Origin: Bdellovibrionales bacterium | GTDB lineage: Bacteria; Bdellovibrionota; Bdellovibrionia; Bdellovibrionales; UBA1609 | DNA length: 64,000 nucleotides | Assembly: GCA_041690295.1 (NCBI GenBank) | Contig: JAWLHR010000001.1 | Location: 1-64,000 of the forward strand | Direction of reading: 5' to 3' | Made by a program: the position numbers and the translations under genes | Notes under the pieces: generated by a model | What the model was told of the DNA's origin: nothing | The model's database searches: none | The model's input: only the letters and a program-made list of their open reading frames with translations | Shown here: in pieces, positions 18,058-28,762 of the stretch | Position numbering within the stretch: the first letter of the stretch is position 1 | Layout: each line of letters starts with the position of its first letter

Positions 18058-18843
18058 TTCCACTTCTTGATCTTCGAAAAACTGCGCCAGTTTAGCCCGT
18101 AAGCGGGAAATCGCCTGCGCATGAAGCTGCGAAACCCGGCTTTCCGTGACCCGCAGAATTTTGCCGATCTCTTTTAAATTCAGATCTTCGTAGTAATAAA
18201 GGGACAAAACCAAACGTTGCCGTTCGGGCAACTCTTCAATGGCTTTCGCCACCACTTCCTTTACCGATTTTAAATTAAGCTGGGTCAGCGGATTGTTGAG
18301 CTTGCACCCTTCCAAGATATTTAAAATCGATTTCTTATCCACGTTGCTGAAAGTGGCCGCGTCATCGATGGACAGAACCGAAATCGGACGAACCTGATTG
18401 AGAAGATCGAAATACTCTTCTTTGGTCAGGCCGAGCTTCTCCGCGAGTTCATCTTCGTTGGCCGAGCGGCCGAGCTGCGCTTCCAACTCCAAGTTGGCCC
18501 GGTCCAACATTTTCGCCTTGTCACGGACCGACCGTGGAACCCAGTCCTGCGCGCGCAATTCATCGAGAATGGCGCCCCGGATCCGGAATTCGGCGTAGGT
18601 TTTAAACTTATTGTCGCGGCTGGGATCGTATTTATCGATGGCGTCCATCAGACCGATCACGCCGCTGGAAATCAAATCATCCAGCTCAATATTGGAAGGC
18701 AGTCGAACGGCGATTTTTTGGGCGATGAATTTAATCAGAGGAGCGTATTCCATGATGAGTTTGTCTTTATCAGCCGCCCTCATCTTGTTTGGCTCTTCTT
18801 TATACTTCTTCAATAATGAATTCACATTATTGTTATTCGCCAT
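18049..18843 (-). CDS. fliA: Flagellar sigma factor (sigma-28)
   Basis: YAEFRIRGAILDELRAQDWVPRSVR, ESRVSQLH; last gene of the flagellar operon. Confidence 0.96.
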   Translation of the reverse strand: MANNNNVNSLLKKYKEEPNKMRAADKDKLIMEYAPLIKFIAQKIAVRLPSNIELDDLISSGVIGLMDAIDKYDPSRDNKFKTYAEFRIRGAILDELRAQDWVPRSVRDKAKMLDRANLELEAQLGRSANEDELAEKLGLTKEEYFDLLNQVRPISVLSIDDAATFSNVDKKSILNILEGCKLNNPLTQLNLKSVKEVVAKAIEELPERQRLVLSLYYYEDLNLKEIGKILRVTESRVSQLHAQAISRLRAKLAQFFEDQEVESA

Positions 18844-18903
18844 TCTCTCCCGCCCTTACTCTCAGTTTAACAAATTAAACCCATGTTTCAAAATCGGCGA
18901 CGT

Positions 18904-19704
18904 CTAGGCCACGCCCGAAAGCTGGTCCCAGAAAAATTGGATTCCGCCCTTTAATTCATGAAACCTTTCAGAATCCTTGAGGTTTTCCGCGAGCCCGCGA
19001 ATCGCCATCGCGCTTATACTTCGATTAGGCATCTGGACCACCATCCGTTGGCTTCGAATAGACTGTCTCAAAATGAGATCGCTCGGCACGAATCCGCGAT
19101 AATTAAGGCTTACGCACAGGAATTTCTGGGCCACATCACTTAACTTCTGAAAAACCTGGCGGCCTTCATGCTCGTCCTTAACCATATTGGCCACCACCGA
19201 GAAATGATTCTCGCGGTGGCGCGTGTGCAGGACTTTGATCAGGGCGTACGCATCGGTCAAAGAGCTGGGATCGGGCGTGACGACCACGACAATTTCCTGA
19301 GCGGCCGAGTTCAGATAGAGGACATGATCATCGATCCCCGGCGCCGTATCCACCAGCATGTAATCATAGGAGCGGTTTAAGCGACTGACCTGGTCGAGCA
19401 AGAGATATTTCTGCAGCGGATTCAGGTGGCTGATCCCGTAAATTCCCGAGCCGCCGGGAATCAGATGCACGTTTGGCGCGACTTCAACGATGATGTCCTC
19501 GATTTCGCACCGGCTTTCCAAAACATGGCTGAGATTGGCTTTCGCTTTGAGGCCGAAAAAGATGTCCACGTTCGCCATTCCCAAGTCGCCGTCCAGGATC
19601 AAAACTCTTTGCCCGAGGCGGGACAGCTCGACGGCCAAGTTACAAACAAGAGTCGTTTTTCCGACCCCTCCTTTACCGGATGTAATGCTGATTGTTTTGC
19701 TCAT
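18904..19704 (-). CDS. flhG: Flagellar number regulator, MinD-like ATPase
   Basis: SGKGGVGKT, DGDLGMANVD, DTAPGI, PSSLTDAYA; follows flhF. Confidence 0.93.
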   Translation of the reverse strand: MSKTISITSGKGGVGKTTLVCNLAVELSRLGQRVLILDGDLGMANVDIFFGLKAKANLSHVLESRCEIEDIIVEVAPNVHLIPGGSGIYGISHLNPLQKYLLLDQVSRLNRSYDYMLVDTAPGIDDHVLYLNSAAQEIVVVVTPDPSSLTDAYALIKVLHTRHRENHFSVVANMVKDEHEGRQVFQKLSDVAQKFLCVSLNYRGFVPSDLILRQSIRSQRMVVQMPNRSISAMAIRGLAENLKDSERFHELKGGIQFFWDQLSGVA

Positions 19705-21158
19705 GGATGAACCTCTCTCTGATTCGTTCGGCTTAAATTCAAAACTAAGTCCACGATTCGCTCGCGGGTGGCCAATTCAAAGTCCTCCGGGATTTTCGTT
19801 CCGAACCCGAGGGAATGAATGGGCACATGAAAACGGTCTTGAAAATTCAACAGTAGCCCGAGCGTTTTCGCCTCGTCCACACGGGTGAAGATGACATCAT
19901 GGAGACCGATCATTTGATACCGGCTGGCCAGATCAAATGACTCTTCATCGCGGGCCAGCGCCGATTGCACGTAATGAAGCGTGCGATTCAGCTCACCGGA
20001 GGGAAGCATGCGCTTCAGCCAATCCGCTTCTTCCATGGTTTTCAAACTGAACCCGGGAGTGTCGACCAAGATGTGCTGGACGTTCTTCAATTTCTCTTCG
20101 GCCACGCGCCACTCTTCCGGCCGTCGCACCACCGCGAAGGGCACGTTCAGAATCTGCGCGTAGGTCTTGAGTTGTTCGGCCGCGCCCACTTTGATGGTAT
20201 CGACCGACAGGATCGCGATTGTCCGGCGTTCTTTGAGAAGCAAATGGGCGGCGAATTTCACCAGCGTCGAGGTTTTCCCCTGACCGGTGGAGCCGATGAA
20301 CACATGATAGCGCCCTTGCAATGGATTGGGGCTGGCTTCCATCGTGTGAAGAAGATCCCGCACCACCCAAGCATCGACCAAAGCCGGCTTTTTCATCGCT
20401 TCAGGATCCATTTCCGTTTGCGCCCGCTTCAAGATGGAATTGACGATTGAAGGCTGAATTCCCCGCCCCGTCATGCGATGGAAGGCTGGCGCCATCTCCG
20501 GCATCAAGCCCCACTCGGCGCCAGGATGCGATGACAGGGGAACTTGTGGCACCTTTTGGAATTGTTCGATCAATTGTTTGAGCTCGCGAACCTGCGATTC
20601 GAGAGCGGCCACTTCCGATGATTTGACTTCCGCTTTGGCCTGAGGCGGAGAAGCCGGCCGTTTGTTGTCTTGCAGGATATCGGCACTGGCCATTCGCGCC
20701 CGTGCGGCCGCCCGGCGCACACGGTCCCGACCGCTCACGCGCTGAGCGGGCGCTGTATCATCGCTGATGTCGATGTACCTCATGCCTTTCAATTGGGCGC
20801 GCAATTCGGGCGTTAATGAAACATCCCGCGCCTGGGCCGCGGCGCCGACCGTCGCCAGCTCACGCGCTTCCTCGGCCTTTCGGCTGTATACCCGGTTGAT
20901 AAATTCCTTTTGTCTCGAGGCGGGGATCTGCTGAAAACGGGCCCGTAGATCTTCCCGAAGTTTACTCTCGGCGATTTTCTTTTTGCGCAAAGTTTCTTCC
21001 GTCACCGCCGCCGTCACTTCGACGCTTTTTTCACCCATGAGTCCGAAGCCTTTGTGACTGTCTTTGGCCGACAGAATGATCGCCTCGGGACCGAGATGGA
21101 TTTTGACCAACTCGAGCGCTTCCTTCATGGTTTTGGCTTCGAACTTCTTAACTTGCAT
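19701..21158 (-). CDS. flhF: Flagellar biosynthesis GTPase
   Basis: MQVKKFEAKTMKEAL N-terminus, GSTGQGKTSTLVK, DTPG, TRVDE. Confidence 0.95.
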   Translation of the reverse strand: MQVKKFEAKTMKEALELVKIHLGPEAIILSAKDSHKGFGLMGEKSVEVTAAVTEETLRKKKIAESKLREDLRARFQQIPASRQKEFINRVYSRKAEEARELATVGAAAQARDVSLTPELRAQLKGMRYIDISDDTAPAQRVSGRDRVRRAAARARMASADILQDNKRPASPPQAKAEVKSSEVAALESQVRELKQLIEQFQKVPQVPLSSHPGAEWGLMPEMAPAFHRMTGRGIQPSIVNSILKRAQTEMDPEAMKKPALVDAWVVRDLLHTMEASPNPLQGRYHVFIGSTGQGKTSTLVKFAAHLLLKERRTIAILSVDTIKVGAAEQLKTYAQILNVPFAVVRRPEEWRVAEEKLKNVQHILVDTPGFSLKTMEEADWLKRMLPSGELNRTLHYVQSALARDEESFDLASRYQMIGLHDVIFTRVDEAKTLGLLLNFQDRFHVPIHSLGFGTKIPEDFELATRERIVDLVLNLSRTNQREVHP

Positions 21159-23244
21159 GGCTCATCTCCACCAAGCCGATCGCCTGAATTTGGGCATCGG
21201 CGGAAATTTCGTTATGTGAAAGCACAACGACTTGCGGTAAGAATCTGTGCGTTAACTTGAACAAGTGCCGGCGGGCCGTCGGGCTGGTGAGAAGAATCGG
21301 CTGGCCGGCGATTTCCGGATGGCGCTCAATGGTTTTAGAAATTTGCGTGAGCAGCGACTGCGCCTCGCGTGGATCCATCACCAATTGCACGCCCTGTTCG
21401 GTTTGTAAGAGAGAATTCGAAATCAGTTCCTCGATTCGCGGCGCGAGCGTCATGACCTGAATCTCGCCGCGTTCGTTAATGTATTTATGAGTGATGGCGC
21501 GCGATAAGGCCTTGCGCACCGATTCAGTGAGAATTTCAGCGTCTTTCACCTTATGCGCTTCATCCGCGAGCGTTTCGAAAATCGTCAGCAAGTCACGGAT
21601 GGAAACTTGCTCCTTCAACAGGTTCTGCAGGACCTTAACCACCGTACCGAGCGGAAGCAGATCCGGGATCAATTCCTGAACCACTTTGGGATAAGCTTTC
21701 TTGAAGTTTTCGATGAGCGTGTCGGCTTCCTGCCGGCCGAAGAGCTCATGCGCATGCGTACGGATAATTTCCGTCAAATGAGTGGCCATGACAGTGGGCA
21801 GATCCACCACGGTGTAACCGGCCATTTCCGCCTCTTCTTTTTGAGCTTTGCTGATCCAGAGCGCATCCAAGCCGAAAGCGGGTTCTTTGGTCGGTATGCC
21901 CGGCACGGGCCGCGTGACATTGCCCGGATCCATGGCGAGATAGTTATCCGGCTTAAGAATGCCACCACCCACGCGATTGCCTTTGATGAGCACACGGTAC
22001 TCACCGGGTTGAAGTTGGAGGTTATCGCGGATGTGAATGGATGGCACCACGATGCCCATATCAAGGGCGAACTGTTTACGAATCGAAACGATTCGTTCAA
22101 GCAAGTCACCGGATTGTTCCGACTCAACCACGTTGATCAGACCATAACCCACCTCGAGTTCGACCAAATCCAAGGGCAACATGGACTCAATGTTCTCTTT
22201 AAGCGGTTTTCGCGCCTGCTCTTCTTTGGCGGCGTCTTCCTTGGCGCGCTTTTCAAGCTGGAAGCGATGAATCGCCCAAGCGATCGCCGACAAAACCAAA
22301 GCCACGGTAAAAAACGGCAAGGTGGGCAAACCGGGAATCACGCCAAGCAGGGCCACGATGCCAGCCACGATGGCCACCGCGCGGGGCTTAAGGAACAACT
22401 GTCCAGCCATTTCATGGCCCAAGTTTTGTGATGACGAGTTGCGGGTCACGACGATACCGGCGGCCGTGGAAATGATGAGCGCAGGGATTTGCGTGACCAA
22501 ACCATCACCGATGGTCAACATCGTGTAGGTTTTCGCGGCGGTGGACAGGTCGAGATTTTGTTGGAACATCCCCACCAACAATCCGCCGACCACATTCACC
22601 AGGGTGATGATGATGCCCGCGATGGCGTCACCACGGACGAATTTGCTGGCACCGTCCATGGCTCCGTAAAAATCCGCTTCTTTTTCGATTTCCTTACGGC
22701 GCTGGCGCGCTTCCGCCTCGGTGATAAGTCCGGCGTTCAAATCCGCGTCGATCGACATCTGTTTACCGGGCATGGCGTCCAAGGTGAAACGGGCGGCGAC
22801 CTCGGCGACCCGGCCCGAACCTTTGGTGATCACGATGAAATTGATGACCACCAAAATCACGAACACCACGAAACCGATCACATAGGAATCACCGATCACG
22901 AAATGACCGAAGGCGCGGATCACTTCTCCAACCGCGTCTTCACCTTTATGACCGTTGGTCAAAATCAAGCGGGTCGTGGCCACGTTGAGCGCGAGACGGA
23001 ACAACGTGCTCAGCAAAAGCAAACTGGGGAAAATACTGAAGTCGAGGGATCTGTCCGTGTAAATCGCCACCAAAAGAACAAGCAAGGATAAAGTCAGCGA
23101 CATGGTGAGCGCCAGATCGAGGACCATCGCGGGAAGCGGAATGATCATCACGGCGAGAATGGCCATGAGGATGACCGCGATCAGCAAGTCGACATTCTTG
23201 GCCAGGCGCTCAAATCGTTTCAAAAACTGAAACAGCTGTTCCAT
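21148..23244 (-). CDS. flhA: Flagellar export gate protein FlhA
   Basis: RVAEVAARFTLDAMPGKQMSIDADL, FYGAMDGASKFVRGDA. Confidence 0.98.
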   Translation of the reverse strand: MEQLFQFLKRFERLAKNVDLLIAVILMAILAVMIIPLPAMVLDLALTMSLTLSLLVLLVAIYTDRSLDFSIFPSLLLLSTLFRLALNVATTRLILTNGHKGEDAVGEVIRAFGHFVIGDSYVIGFVVFVILVVINFIVITKGSGRVAEVAARFTLDAMPGKQMSIDADLNAGLITEAEARQRRKEIEKEADFYGAMDGASKFVRGDAIAGIIITLVNVVGGLLVGMFQQNLDLSTAAKTYTMLTIGDGLVTQIPALIISTAAGIVVTRNSSSQNLGHEMAGQLFLKPRAVAIVAGIVALLGVIPGLPTLPFFTVALVLSAIAWAIHRFQLEKRAKEDAAKEEQARKPLKENIESMLPLDLVELEVGYGLINVVESEQSGDLLERIVSIRKQFALDMGIVVPSIHIRDNLQLQPGEYRVLIKGNRVGGGILKPDNYLAMDPGNVTRPVPGIPTKEPAFGLDALWISKAQKEEAEMAGYTVVDLPTVMATHLTEIIRTHAHELFGRQEADTLIENFKKAYPKVVQELIPDLLPLGTVVKVLQNLLKEQVSIRDLLTIFETLADEAHKVKDAEILTESVRKALSRAITHKYINERGEIQVMTLAPRIEELISNSLLQTEQGVQLVMDPREAQSLLTQISKTIERHPEIAGQPILLTSPTARRHLFKLTHRFLPQVVVLSHNEISADAQIQAIGLVEMSHAS

Positions 23245-24315
23245 TTAGCGCCCCGCCTTTCTCTTCAAACGGTAAACGTAGGAGAGAACTTCCGCCACGG
23301 CCGTGTACAACTCGCGGGGAATCACTTGCCCGATTTTCAAAGTTTTGAACATGGCCCGCGCCAAGGGTTTGTTTTCAACCAAAGGAATTCCGTGTTTGCG
23401 GGCGATCTCTTTGATCTTTTCCGCGATCCGGTCGGCGCCTTTGGCGATGACTTTGGGAGCCACCATGGTTTCATCGTATTTCAAAGCCACGGCGATGTGA
23501 GTCGGGTTGGTCACGATCACATCGGCTTTGGGAACTTCCTCCATCATCCGGCGGCTGGCGATTTCACGCTGAATGCGCTTGATCCGCGCGCGAACGAGCG
23601 GATCACCCTCGCGCGATTTCACTTCCTCCTTGACCTCTTGTTTGGTCATGCGCATTTCCTTTTCCGTTTGCCAACGCTGGAAAAGGTAATCTACGCCGGA
23701 AAGCACCAGCATGAAGAATCCCACGCCGGCCAGAAGACGAATCGTCAGCTCTCCAAGGAACTGGAAGATCTGGCCGATCGAAAAGCTCATCAGGCGCGGA
23801 AGCATCTCGATTTGATCGCGGAGCATGAGATAAGCGATGCCCAAAATCACGCCCACTTTCAGCAGCGCCTTGAGACCTTCCATCAGAGAGCGCAAACTGA
23901 AAATGCGTTTCAGACCCTGAACCGGATCCAAACGGTCCCAGCGGAGTTGTAGAGCCTCTTCGTTATAGAGAAATCCAATCTGCAAAAGTGAGGAGACGAA
24001 ACCCATGAGCCAGAACGCGAAAGCCACGGGAAGAACGATGATCATCGCGCGGGTGAAGGCCAAACGAATCGCGGCCAGCACATCTCCATGGCGAACGGCG
24101 GAGACAAGATTATCACCCAAGGCATAATTGAAAATGTCGAAGAGCTGCATGAAGAGAAAGCGGCTCATCAACCAAATGATCAAAACGCCGCAGAACAGCA
24201 GCAGCACCGAGGAAAACTCGCGCGTTTGCGCCACCTGACCGCGCTTGCGGAAATCCTCGCGCCGCTGCGGTGTGGGTTCTTCTGTGCGTTCGCCCTGTTC
24301 GGAATCCGAGGCCAT
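23245..24315 (-). CDS. flhB: Flagellar export protein FlhB
   Basis: ERTEEPTPQR, EGDP, NPTH autocleavage motif. Confidence 0.97.
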   Translation of the reverse strand: MASDSEQGERTEEPTPQRREDFRKRGQVAQTREFSSVLLLFCGVLIIWLMSRFLFMQLFDIFNYALGDNLVSAVRHGDVLAAIRLAFTRAMIIVLPVAFAFWLMGFVSSLLQIGFLYNEEALQLRWDRLDPVQGLKRIFSLRSLMEGLKALLKVGVILGIAYLMLRDQIEMLPRLMSFSIGQIFQFLGELTIRLLAGVGFFMLVLSGVDYLFQRWQTEKEMRMTKQEVKEEVKSREGDPLVRARIKRIQREIASRRMMEEVPKADVIVTNPTHIAVALKYDETMVAPKVIAKGADRIAEKIKEIARKHGIPLVENKPLARAMFKTLKIGQVIPRELYTAVAEVLSYVYRLKRKAGR

Positions 24316-24332
24316 CCTAGCCTAGCTCCCTC

Positions 24333-25112
24333 TTAAAATTGCCGCACGAACCGAAACACTTCGGCCGTACTGGTTTCCAAAAACTCACCCATGTGATCCA
24401 TCAGGATCGGAAAAGTCATCATCATCAACATAAAGCCGACCATGATGTTGATCGGAAAACTGGTGATTAAAACGTTCAACTGCGGCACGGTTTTACCGAC
24501 CACGCCCAAGATCAAATTCACGACGAGAATACTGATTACGATGGGCGCCGCGAACTTCAGCCCCAATTCCACCACCTGTTGAACCATCTCGCCCACTCCG
24601 CTGAAGTGAGCCGTGTTCAAGGTCATTTGCGCCACCGGAACCACATCGAGCGTACTCACGAGGCCCGAGATCAGGAAATGATGACCGTTCACCGCGAGAT
24701 AAAAGATGGAAGTGATCGCCACGTAAAACTGTTCAACCGCCGTGGACTGTCCGCCCAGGGACGGATTGAAGACCGAAGCGGCGCTTAGTCCCATGGACTG
24801 GCTGATCAATTCACCAGCCACCCGAAAGGCGAAGAGGAACATGCGCGCCAGGTAGCCGAGAGCCGCGCCGATAAAAACTTCGCGGAGCGAGAGGATAATC
24901 AAATCCCCTTTCACGGCTTCGATCTGCGCCGCCTGCCAGTTCAGCGTCGGAAAAATAACCATCGCCAGGATCAAGGCGAAAAGAATCTTCACCTGGTGTC
25001 CGCCGATCTCCACGCCAAAAACCGGCCAAGTCACGACAAAGGCGGACATGCGCAAAAGCACCATGAAGAAGAGAATCAGCTGGGTTTCCGAAAAGCGATA
25101 AACTTCCGTCAT
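24333..25112 (-). CDS. fliR: Flagellar export protein FliR
   Basis: AGELISQSMGL, GKTVPQLNV; operon position. Confidence 0.95.
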   Translation of the reverse strand: MTEVYRFSETQLILFFMVLLRMSAFVVTWPVFGVEIGGHQVKILFALILAMVIFPTLNWQAAQIEAVKGDLIILSLREVFIGAALGYLARMFLFAFRVAGELISQSMGLSAASVFNPSLGGQSTAVEQFYVAITSIFYLAVNGHHFLISGLVSTLDVVPVAQMTLNTAHFSGVGEMVQQVVELGLKFAAPIVISILVVNLILGVVGKTVPQLNVLITSFPINIMVGFMLMMMTFPILMDHMGEFLETSTAEVFRFVRQF

Positions 25113-25384
25113 CGGATTCGCACCATCTCCGCGATATTCGTAAACAGCTCAGTCGTGAAATGACCGAGCAAGTCCATCATCCACGGCGCGGCGATCACCA
25201 GCACCACGCCCACCACGACCATTTTGGGAATGAACGTCAGAGTGGCTTCGTTGATTTGCGTGATCGCCTGGAAAATAGAAACCACAAGACCGATCACCAG
25301 GGCCGATACCAAAAGCGGGCCCGCGATCATCGCCGTGGTCTTCAAAGTGTCTTGTCCCAGTTTTAGGATCAGTTCTTCCGACAT
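25109..25384 (-). CDS. fliQ: Flagellar export protein FliQ
   Basis: GLVVSIFQAITQINEATLTFIPK. Confidence 0.96.
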   Translation of the reverse strand: MSEELILKLGQDTLKTTAMIAGPLLVSALVIGLVVSIFQAITQINEATLTFIPKMVVVGVVLVIAAPWMMDLLGHFTTELFTNIAEMVRIR

Positions 25385-25391
25385 AAACGCC

Positions 25392-26132
25392 TCAACCGAA
25401 ACTTCGTATCAATGAACCCACCAGCAAGGTCCAGCCGTCCACCAGAACGAAAAGCATGATTTTGAACGGGAGCGAGATCACCACCGGCGGCAGCATCATC
25501 ATCCCCATGGCCATGAGCACGCTCGCCGCCACCATATCGATCACGAGGAACGGCAAATATATGATGAATCCGATCTGAAACGCGGTTTTGAGTTCGGAAA
25601 GCACGAACGCGGGAATGAGAACCGTGGTCGGAACATCGGCGCGCGTTTTGGGATTCTCGATTTTGCTTAATTTAATGAAAAGCTCCAGATCCTGCGGCCG
25701 GGTTTGATTGAACATGAAAACGCGAATCGGCGCGAGAGATCTCTCAATGGCCAAATCCTGGGAGATTTGGTTTTTCAGGAAAGGTTGCACGGCGTCCTGA
25801 TTTATTTTGGTGAAAAACGGCGCCATGATGAACAGGGTCAAAAACAACGCCAAGCCGACCAAAAGCTGATTGGGCGGCATGTTCTGTGTTCCCAGCGCCT
25901 GCCTCACGAAGGACAGCACAATGATGATGCGGGTGAACGCCGTCATCATGATGAGGATCGCGGGCGCCAAGGTCAGGACCGTCAGCATCATGAGGATCTT
26001 TATGGCGCTGACGATCTCTTGGGGATTTTCCGTCGATTTGAATCCCAGATTAACGGACGGCAACGTCACCTGGGCGTGAGCCTCAACTCCCGCCAGGAGC
26101 GCGATCACTGATAGAAAAGAGATAAACTTCAA
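25392..26132 (-). CDS. fliP: Flagellar export protein FliP
   Basis: TAFTRIIIVL, PPNQLL, ELKTAFQIGF, MGMMMLPP, LFVLVDGW; TTG start overlaps the fliO stop. Confidence 0.97.
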   Translation of the reverse strand: MKFISFLSVIALLAGVEAHAQVTLPSVNLGFKSTENPQEIVSAIKILMMLTVLTLAPAILIMMTAFTRIIIVLSFVRQALGTQNMPPNQLLVGLALFLTLFIMAPFFTKINQDAVQPFLKNQISQDLAIERSLAPIRVFMFNQTRPQDLELFIKLSKIENPKTRADVPTTVLIPAFVLSELKTAFQIGFIIYLPFLVIDMVAASVLMAMGMMMLPPVVISLPFKIMLFVLVDGWTLLVGSLIRSFG

Positions 26133-26740
26133 GCTTTTAATGCGGACCTCACATCTTCAATCGAAAATTCATCTTCGAGAAAATCGTTGAAATCGTTTTT
26201 CTTCATCAATCCTTCAAGTTCGTCGTCAATCAGGGTCACGCCTTTGATCAGGTTGATGTTGTGGTCGGTGATCCCGACCAACATGACCTCGCCGGCCACG
26301 CGAACCAGCGCCAGACTTTTGCGGGGGCCAAGGTGATGCTGATGCAGAAATTCGATTCTCGCCCCTGTCGGCGATTTATCCTTGGGACGCGCCCAACGAC
26401 GGCTGGCGAAGATCAGAAGAGCGGCGATGACCGCGAGAACGGCGCCACTCGCCACCAATCGCCATATGGTCGGCGTTTCGGCTTTCACCGGATCTTTGGT
26501 TTTGAATTGCAGAGGCACTTGAGACTCGGGAACATCGACCGACGGCTTGGCGGCCTCGGCTTTCTCTTCCGTGGCCGACTCGGCCGGAACAACGGTCATT
26601 GGTTTCTCCGGCTCGGCGCTTTGAATGAGCTTTTCCGCCGCCTGAATCAAGGCCTCATCGGATGTGGCTTCGTTTGTCAGGTCCTGGGCCCATATGTTCG
26701 AGGCAATAAAAAGCCCTAGAATCACCAAGGTGAATCGCAT
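26129..26740 (-). CDS. fliO: Flagellar protein FliO/FliZ
   Basis: TM helix then LGPRKSLALVRVAGEVMLVGITDHNINLI. Confidence 0.88.
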   Translation of the reverse strand: MRFTLVILGLFIASNIWAQDLTNEATSDEALIQAAEKLIQSAEPEKPMTVVPAESATEEKAEAAKPSVDVPESQVPLQFKTKDPVKAETPTIWRLVASGAVLAVIAALLIFASRRWARPKDKSPTGARIEFLHQHHLGPRKSLALVRVAGEVMLVGITDHNINLIKGVTLIDDELEGLMKKNDFNDFLEDEFSIEDVRSALKA

Positions 26741-26768
26741 AGTTTACCTTTCCTCTGCCGTTAACTTG

Positions 26769-27143
26769 TTATTTCAGTTGTTCCACTCTCTCGCTGGGTG
26801 AAATGATGTCGGTCAGACGCACGCCGAATTTCTCATTCACCACCACGGCCTCGCCGCGGGCCACGAGCTTATCATTGACGAGAACCTCCATCGGTTCACC
26901 CGCCAACTTGTTTAGCTCGATCACGCTTCCTTGGCCGAGATTCAGCAGCTCGTTCACCACCATCTTGGTTCGCCCCAGCTCGACCGCCACTCGTAGTGGA
27001 ATGTCGAGGATCAACGACAAGTTTCTATGACTTGTATCAGGAATGCCCGCCATCTTGTCGTCAGCCGGAGCCTCGGCCGCCGCTTCTGCGGGCGTCTCCT
27101 CGACCGGGGGAACCGCGGCCAGATTGCTTTTATCGTCTGCCAT
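26769..27143 (-). CDS. fliN: Flagellar motor switch protein FliN
   Basis: ILDIPLRVAVELGRT...GEAVVVNEKFGVRLTDI. Confidence 0.97.
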   Translation of the reverse strand: MADDKSNLAAVPPVEETPAEAAAEAPADDKMAGIPDTSHRNLSLILDIPLRVAVELGRTKMVVNELLNLGQGSVIELNKLAGEPMEVLVNDKLVARGEAVVVNEKFGVRLTDIISPSERVEQLK

Positions 27144-27159
27144 AACCGGACCTCTCCTG

Positions 27160-28149
27160 TTATTTCTCTATGGTTCGAGTCACCTGGACGGCCACCGAAC
27201 CATGGTGAATTCCGTAATAAGATTTAAACTTGGGTACGCCTTCCACCAATATGTCAAACTCACCCGTCGTGTCCTGATCGAGCGGGATCACATCACCGAC
27301 TTTAAGCCCCATCAGTTCCTTCAACGTGATTTCGCTTTGCCCGAGATTCACATTGATGTTCACCATGGTCTCGAGCAACTGGCTGCGGATGATGGCTGTC
27401 CACATTTTCTTATCCGTTTGGTCGGATTCGACCTGGAAACCAGTGGACAATTTTTGTTTGATCGGCTCAATCGTCGAATACGGAATCACGAGAGTGATAG
27501 TTCCGTTCGCGTTTTCCAACTCCACGTCGAATGTCGAAGCGATCACGATGTCCGTGGGCGGAACGATACCGACGAATTGCGGGTTGATTTCCGTCCGCAC
27601 GAAGCTCGCGTCGATTTTCTCAACCGAAGCCCACGCGCTTTCCAAGTCGTCAATGGCCAAATCCACAACTTTGCGCACAATGGAAAGTTCGATCGGCGTA
27701 AAATCTTTACCTTCGATTTTGGTGTAAGGCCGGTCCGCGCCGCCGAAGAAGTTATCGACCAAGGCGTAGGCGAGTTTGCTCTCGATAACGAGGAGAGCGG
27801 AACCGCGAAGCGCGTTGAACCTGAGCACGCTCATGCATGTCGGCATCGGCAACGTATTGATGAATTCACCGAACTTCAAAAAGTCGGTCGAGGCGTGGGT
27901 CAAGGTCGCGATCTTGCGCAGAGCCGAGGACAATGACACCCGAAACGAGCGCATGAATTTTTCGTAAATAACATCCAACTGCGGCAGACGGCCGCGAATG
28001 ATCCGGTCTTGCGAGGTAAGGTCATAAACCACCACCACGCGGTCATCGCCCGGTGCCCCCGTGGCCGCGCCTTCCGCTTGCCCGACCTCGCCCTCGGAAA
28101 CCGCGGCGAGGAGCGCATCAACTTCGGATTGTGATAATACCTGGCTCAT
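27160..28149 (-). CDS. fliM: Flagellar motor switch protein FliM
   Basis: LSQSEVDALL CheY-binding motif, RTEINPQF, C-terminal SpoA domain. Confidence 0.97.
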   Translation of the reverse strand: MSQVLSQSEVDALLAAVSEGEVGQAEGAATGAPGDDRVVVVYDLTSQDRIIRGRLPQLDVIYEKFMRSFRVSLSSALRKIATLTHASTDFLKFGEFINTLPMPTCMSVLRFNALRGSALLVIESKLAYALVDNFFGGADRPYTKIEGKDFTPIELSIVRKVVDLAIDDLESAWASVEKIDASFVRTEINPQFVGIVPPTDIVIASTFDVELENANGTITLVIPYSTIEPIKQKLSTGFQVESDQTDKKMWTAIIRSQLLETMVNINVNLGQSEITLKELMGLKVGDVIPLDQDTTGEFDILVEGVPKFKSYYGIHHGSVAVQVTRTIEK

Positions 28150-28161
28150 TCTTCCCGTCCC

Positions 28162-28695
28162 TCAGTTCAGAATAAATTCCGTGAAATAAACTTTCGTAAT
28201 TTGCCCTTTGGTTAAGAACAGATTGATCTGATTCTTGATCTCCTCACGGAGAGCGTCTTTTCCTTCACGAGTCGAGATCTCGTTGAAGGTCTTGCTGCTG
28301 GTGATGATGATAATGTAGTCGCGGATTTTAGGTTTGATCTTCTCGACTTCTTCCTGCACTTCCGCATTGGTCACTTCGAGTTCCATATTGATCTTCACCA
28401 GCTTGCGGCCGCGGCTGTTGGAGATATTGACGAGGAATGTTTCCAGCGGAACCAGCTTGCCGATGAATTCCTTGGACGCTTCTTCTTTCTTAAGTTGATC
28501 GTGTTCCCCCTGGATCACATCATCGATGCCGGGCTGCGCCTCTTTCTTCTTCTGACCGAGGTACAGCATCACTCCCACGCCCATCACCACGAGCATGTTC
28601 ACGATCGCGAGGAGAATAAATAAAGTCGGCTTACTTCCCGACGAAGTGCCGGAGGCTTCCGGTGTCGGAGCTGGTGCTGCATTCTGTTCAGCCAC
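28162..28695 (-). CDS. fliL: Flagellar basal-body-associated protein FliL
   Basis: N-terminal TM helix, LETFLVNI, VYFTEFIL; GTG start. Confidence 0.93.
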   Translation of the reverse strand: MAEQNAAPAPTPEASGTSSGSKPTLFILLAIVNMLVVMGVGVMLYLGQKKKEAQPGIDDVIQGEHDQLKKEEASKEFIGKLVPLETFLVNISNSRGRKLVKINMELEVTNAEVQEEVEKIKPKIRDYIIIITSSKTFNEISTREGKDALREEIKNQINLFLTKGQITKVYFTEFILN

Positions 28696-28745
28696 GAGTT
28701 TTCCCCCTTAAGACCCGCGCAAATGGGTCCCCCGAAACTGAATTA

Positions 28746-28762
28746 AGCAAGGCGGGTGCCAA
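28746..28762 (-). promoter_or_regulatory. Sigma54 (-24/-12) promoter of the fliL operon
   Basis: TTGGCACCCGCCTTGCT matches the TGGCAC-N5-TTGC consensus exactly. Confidence 0.85.
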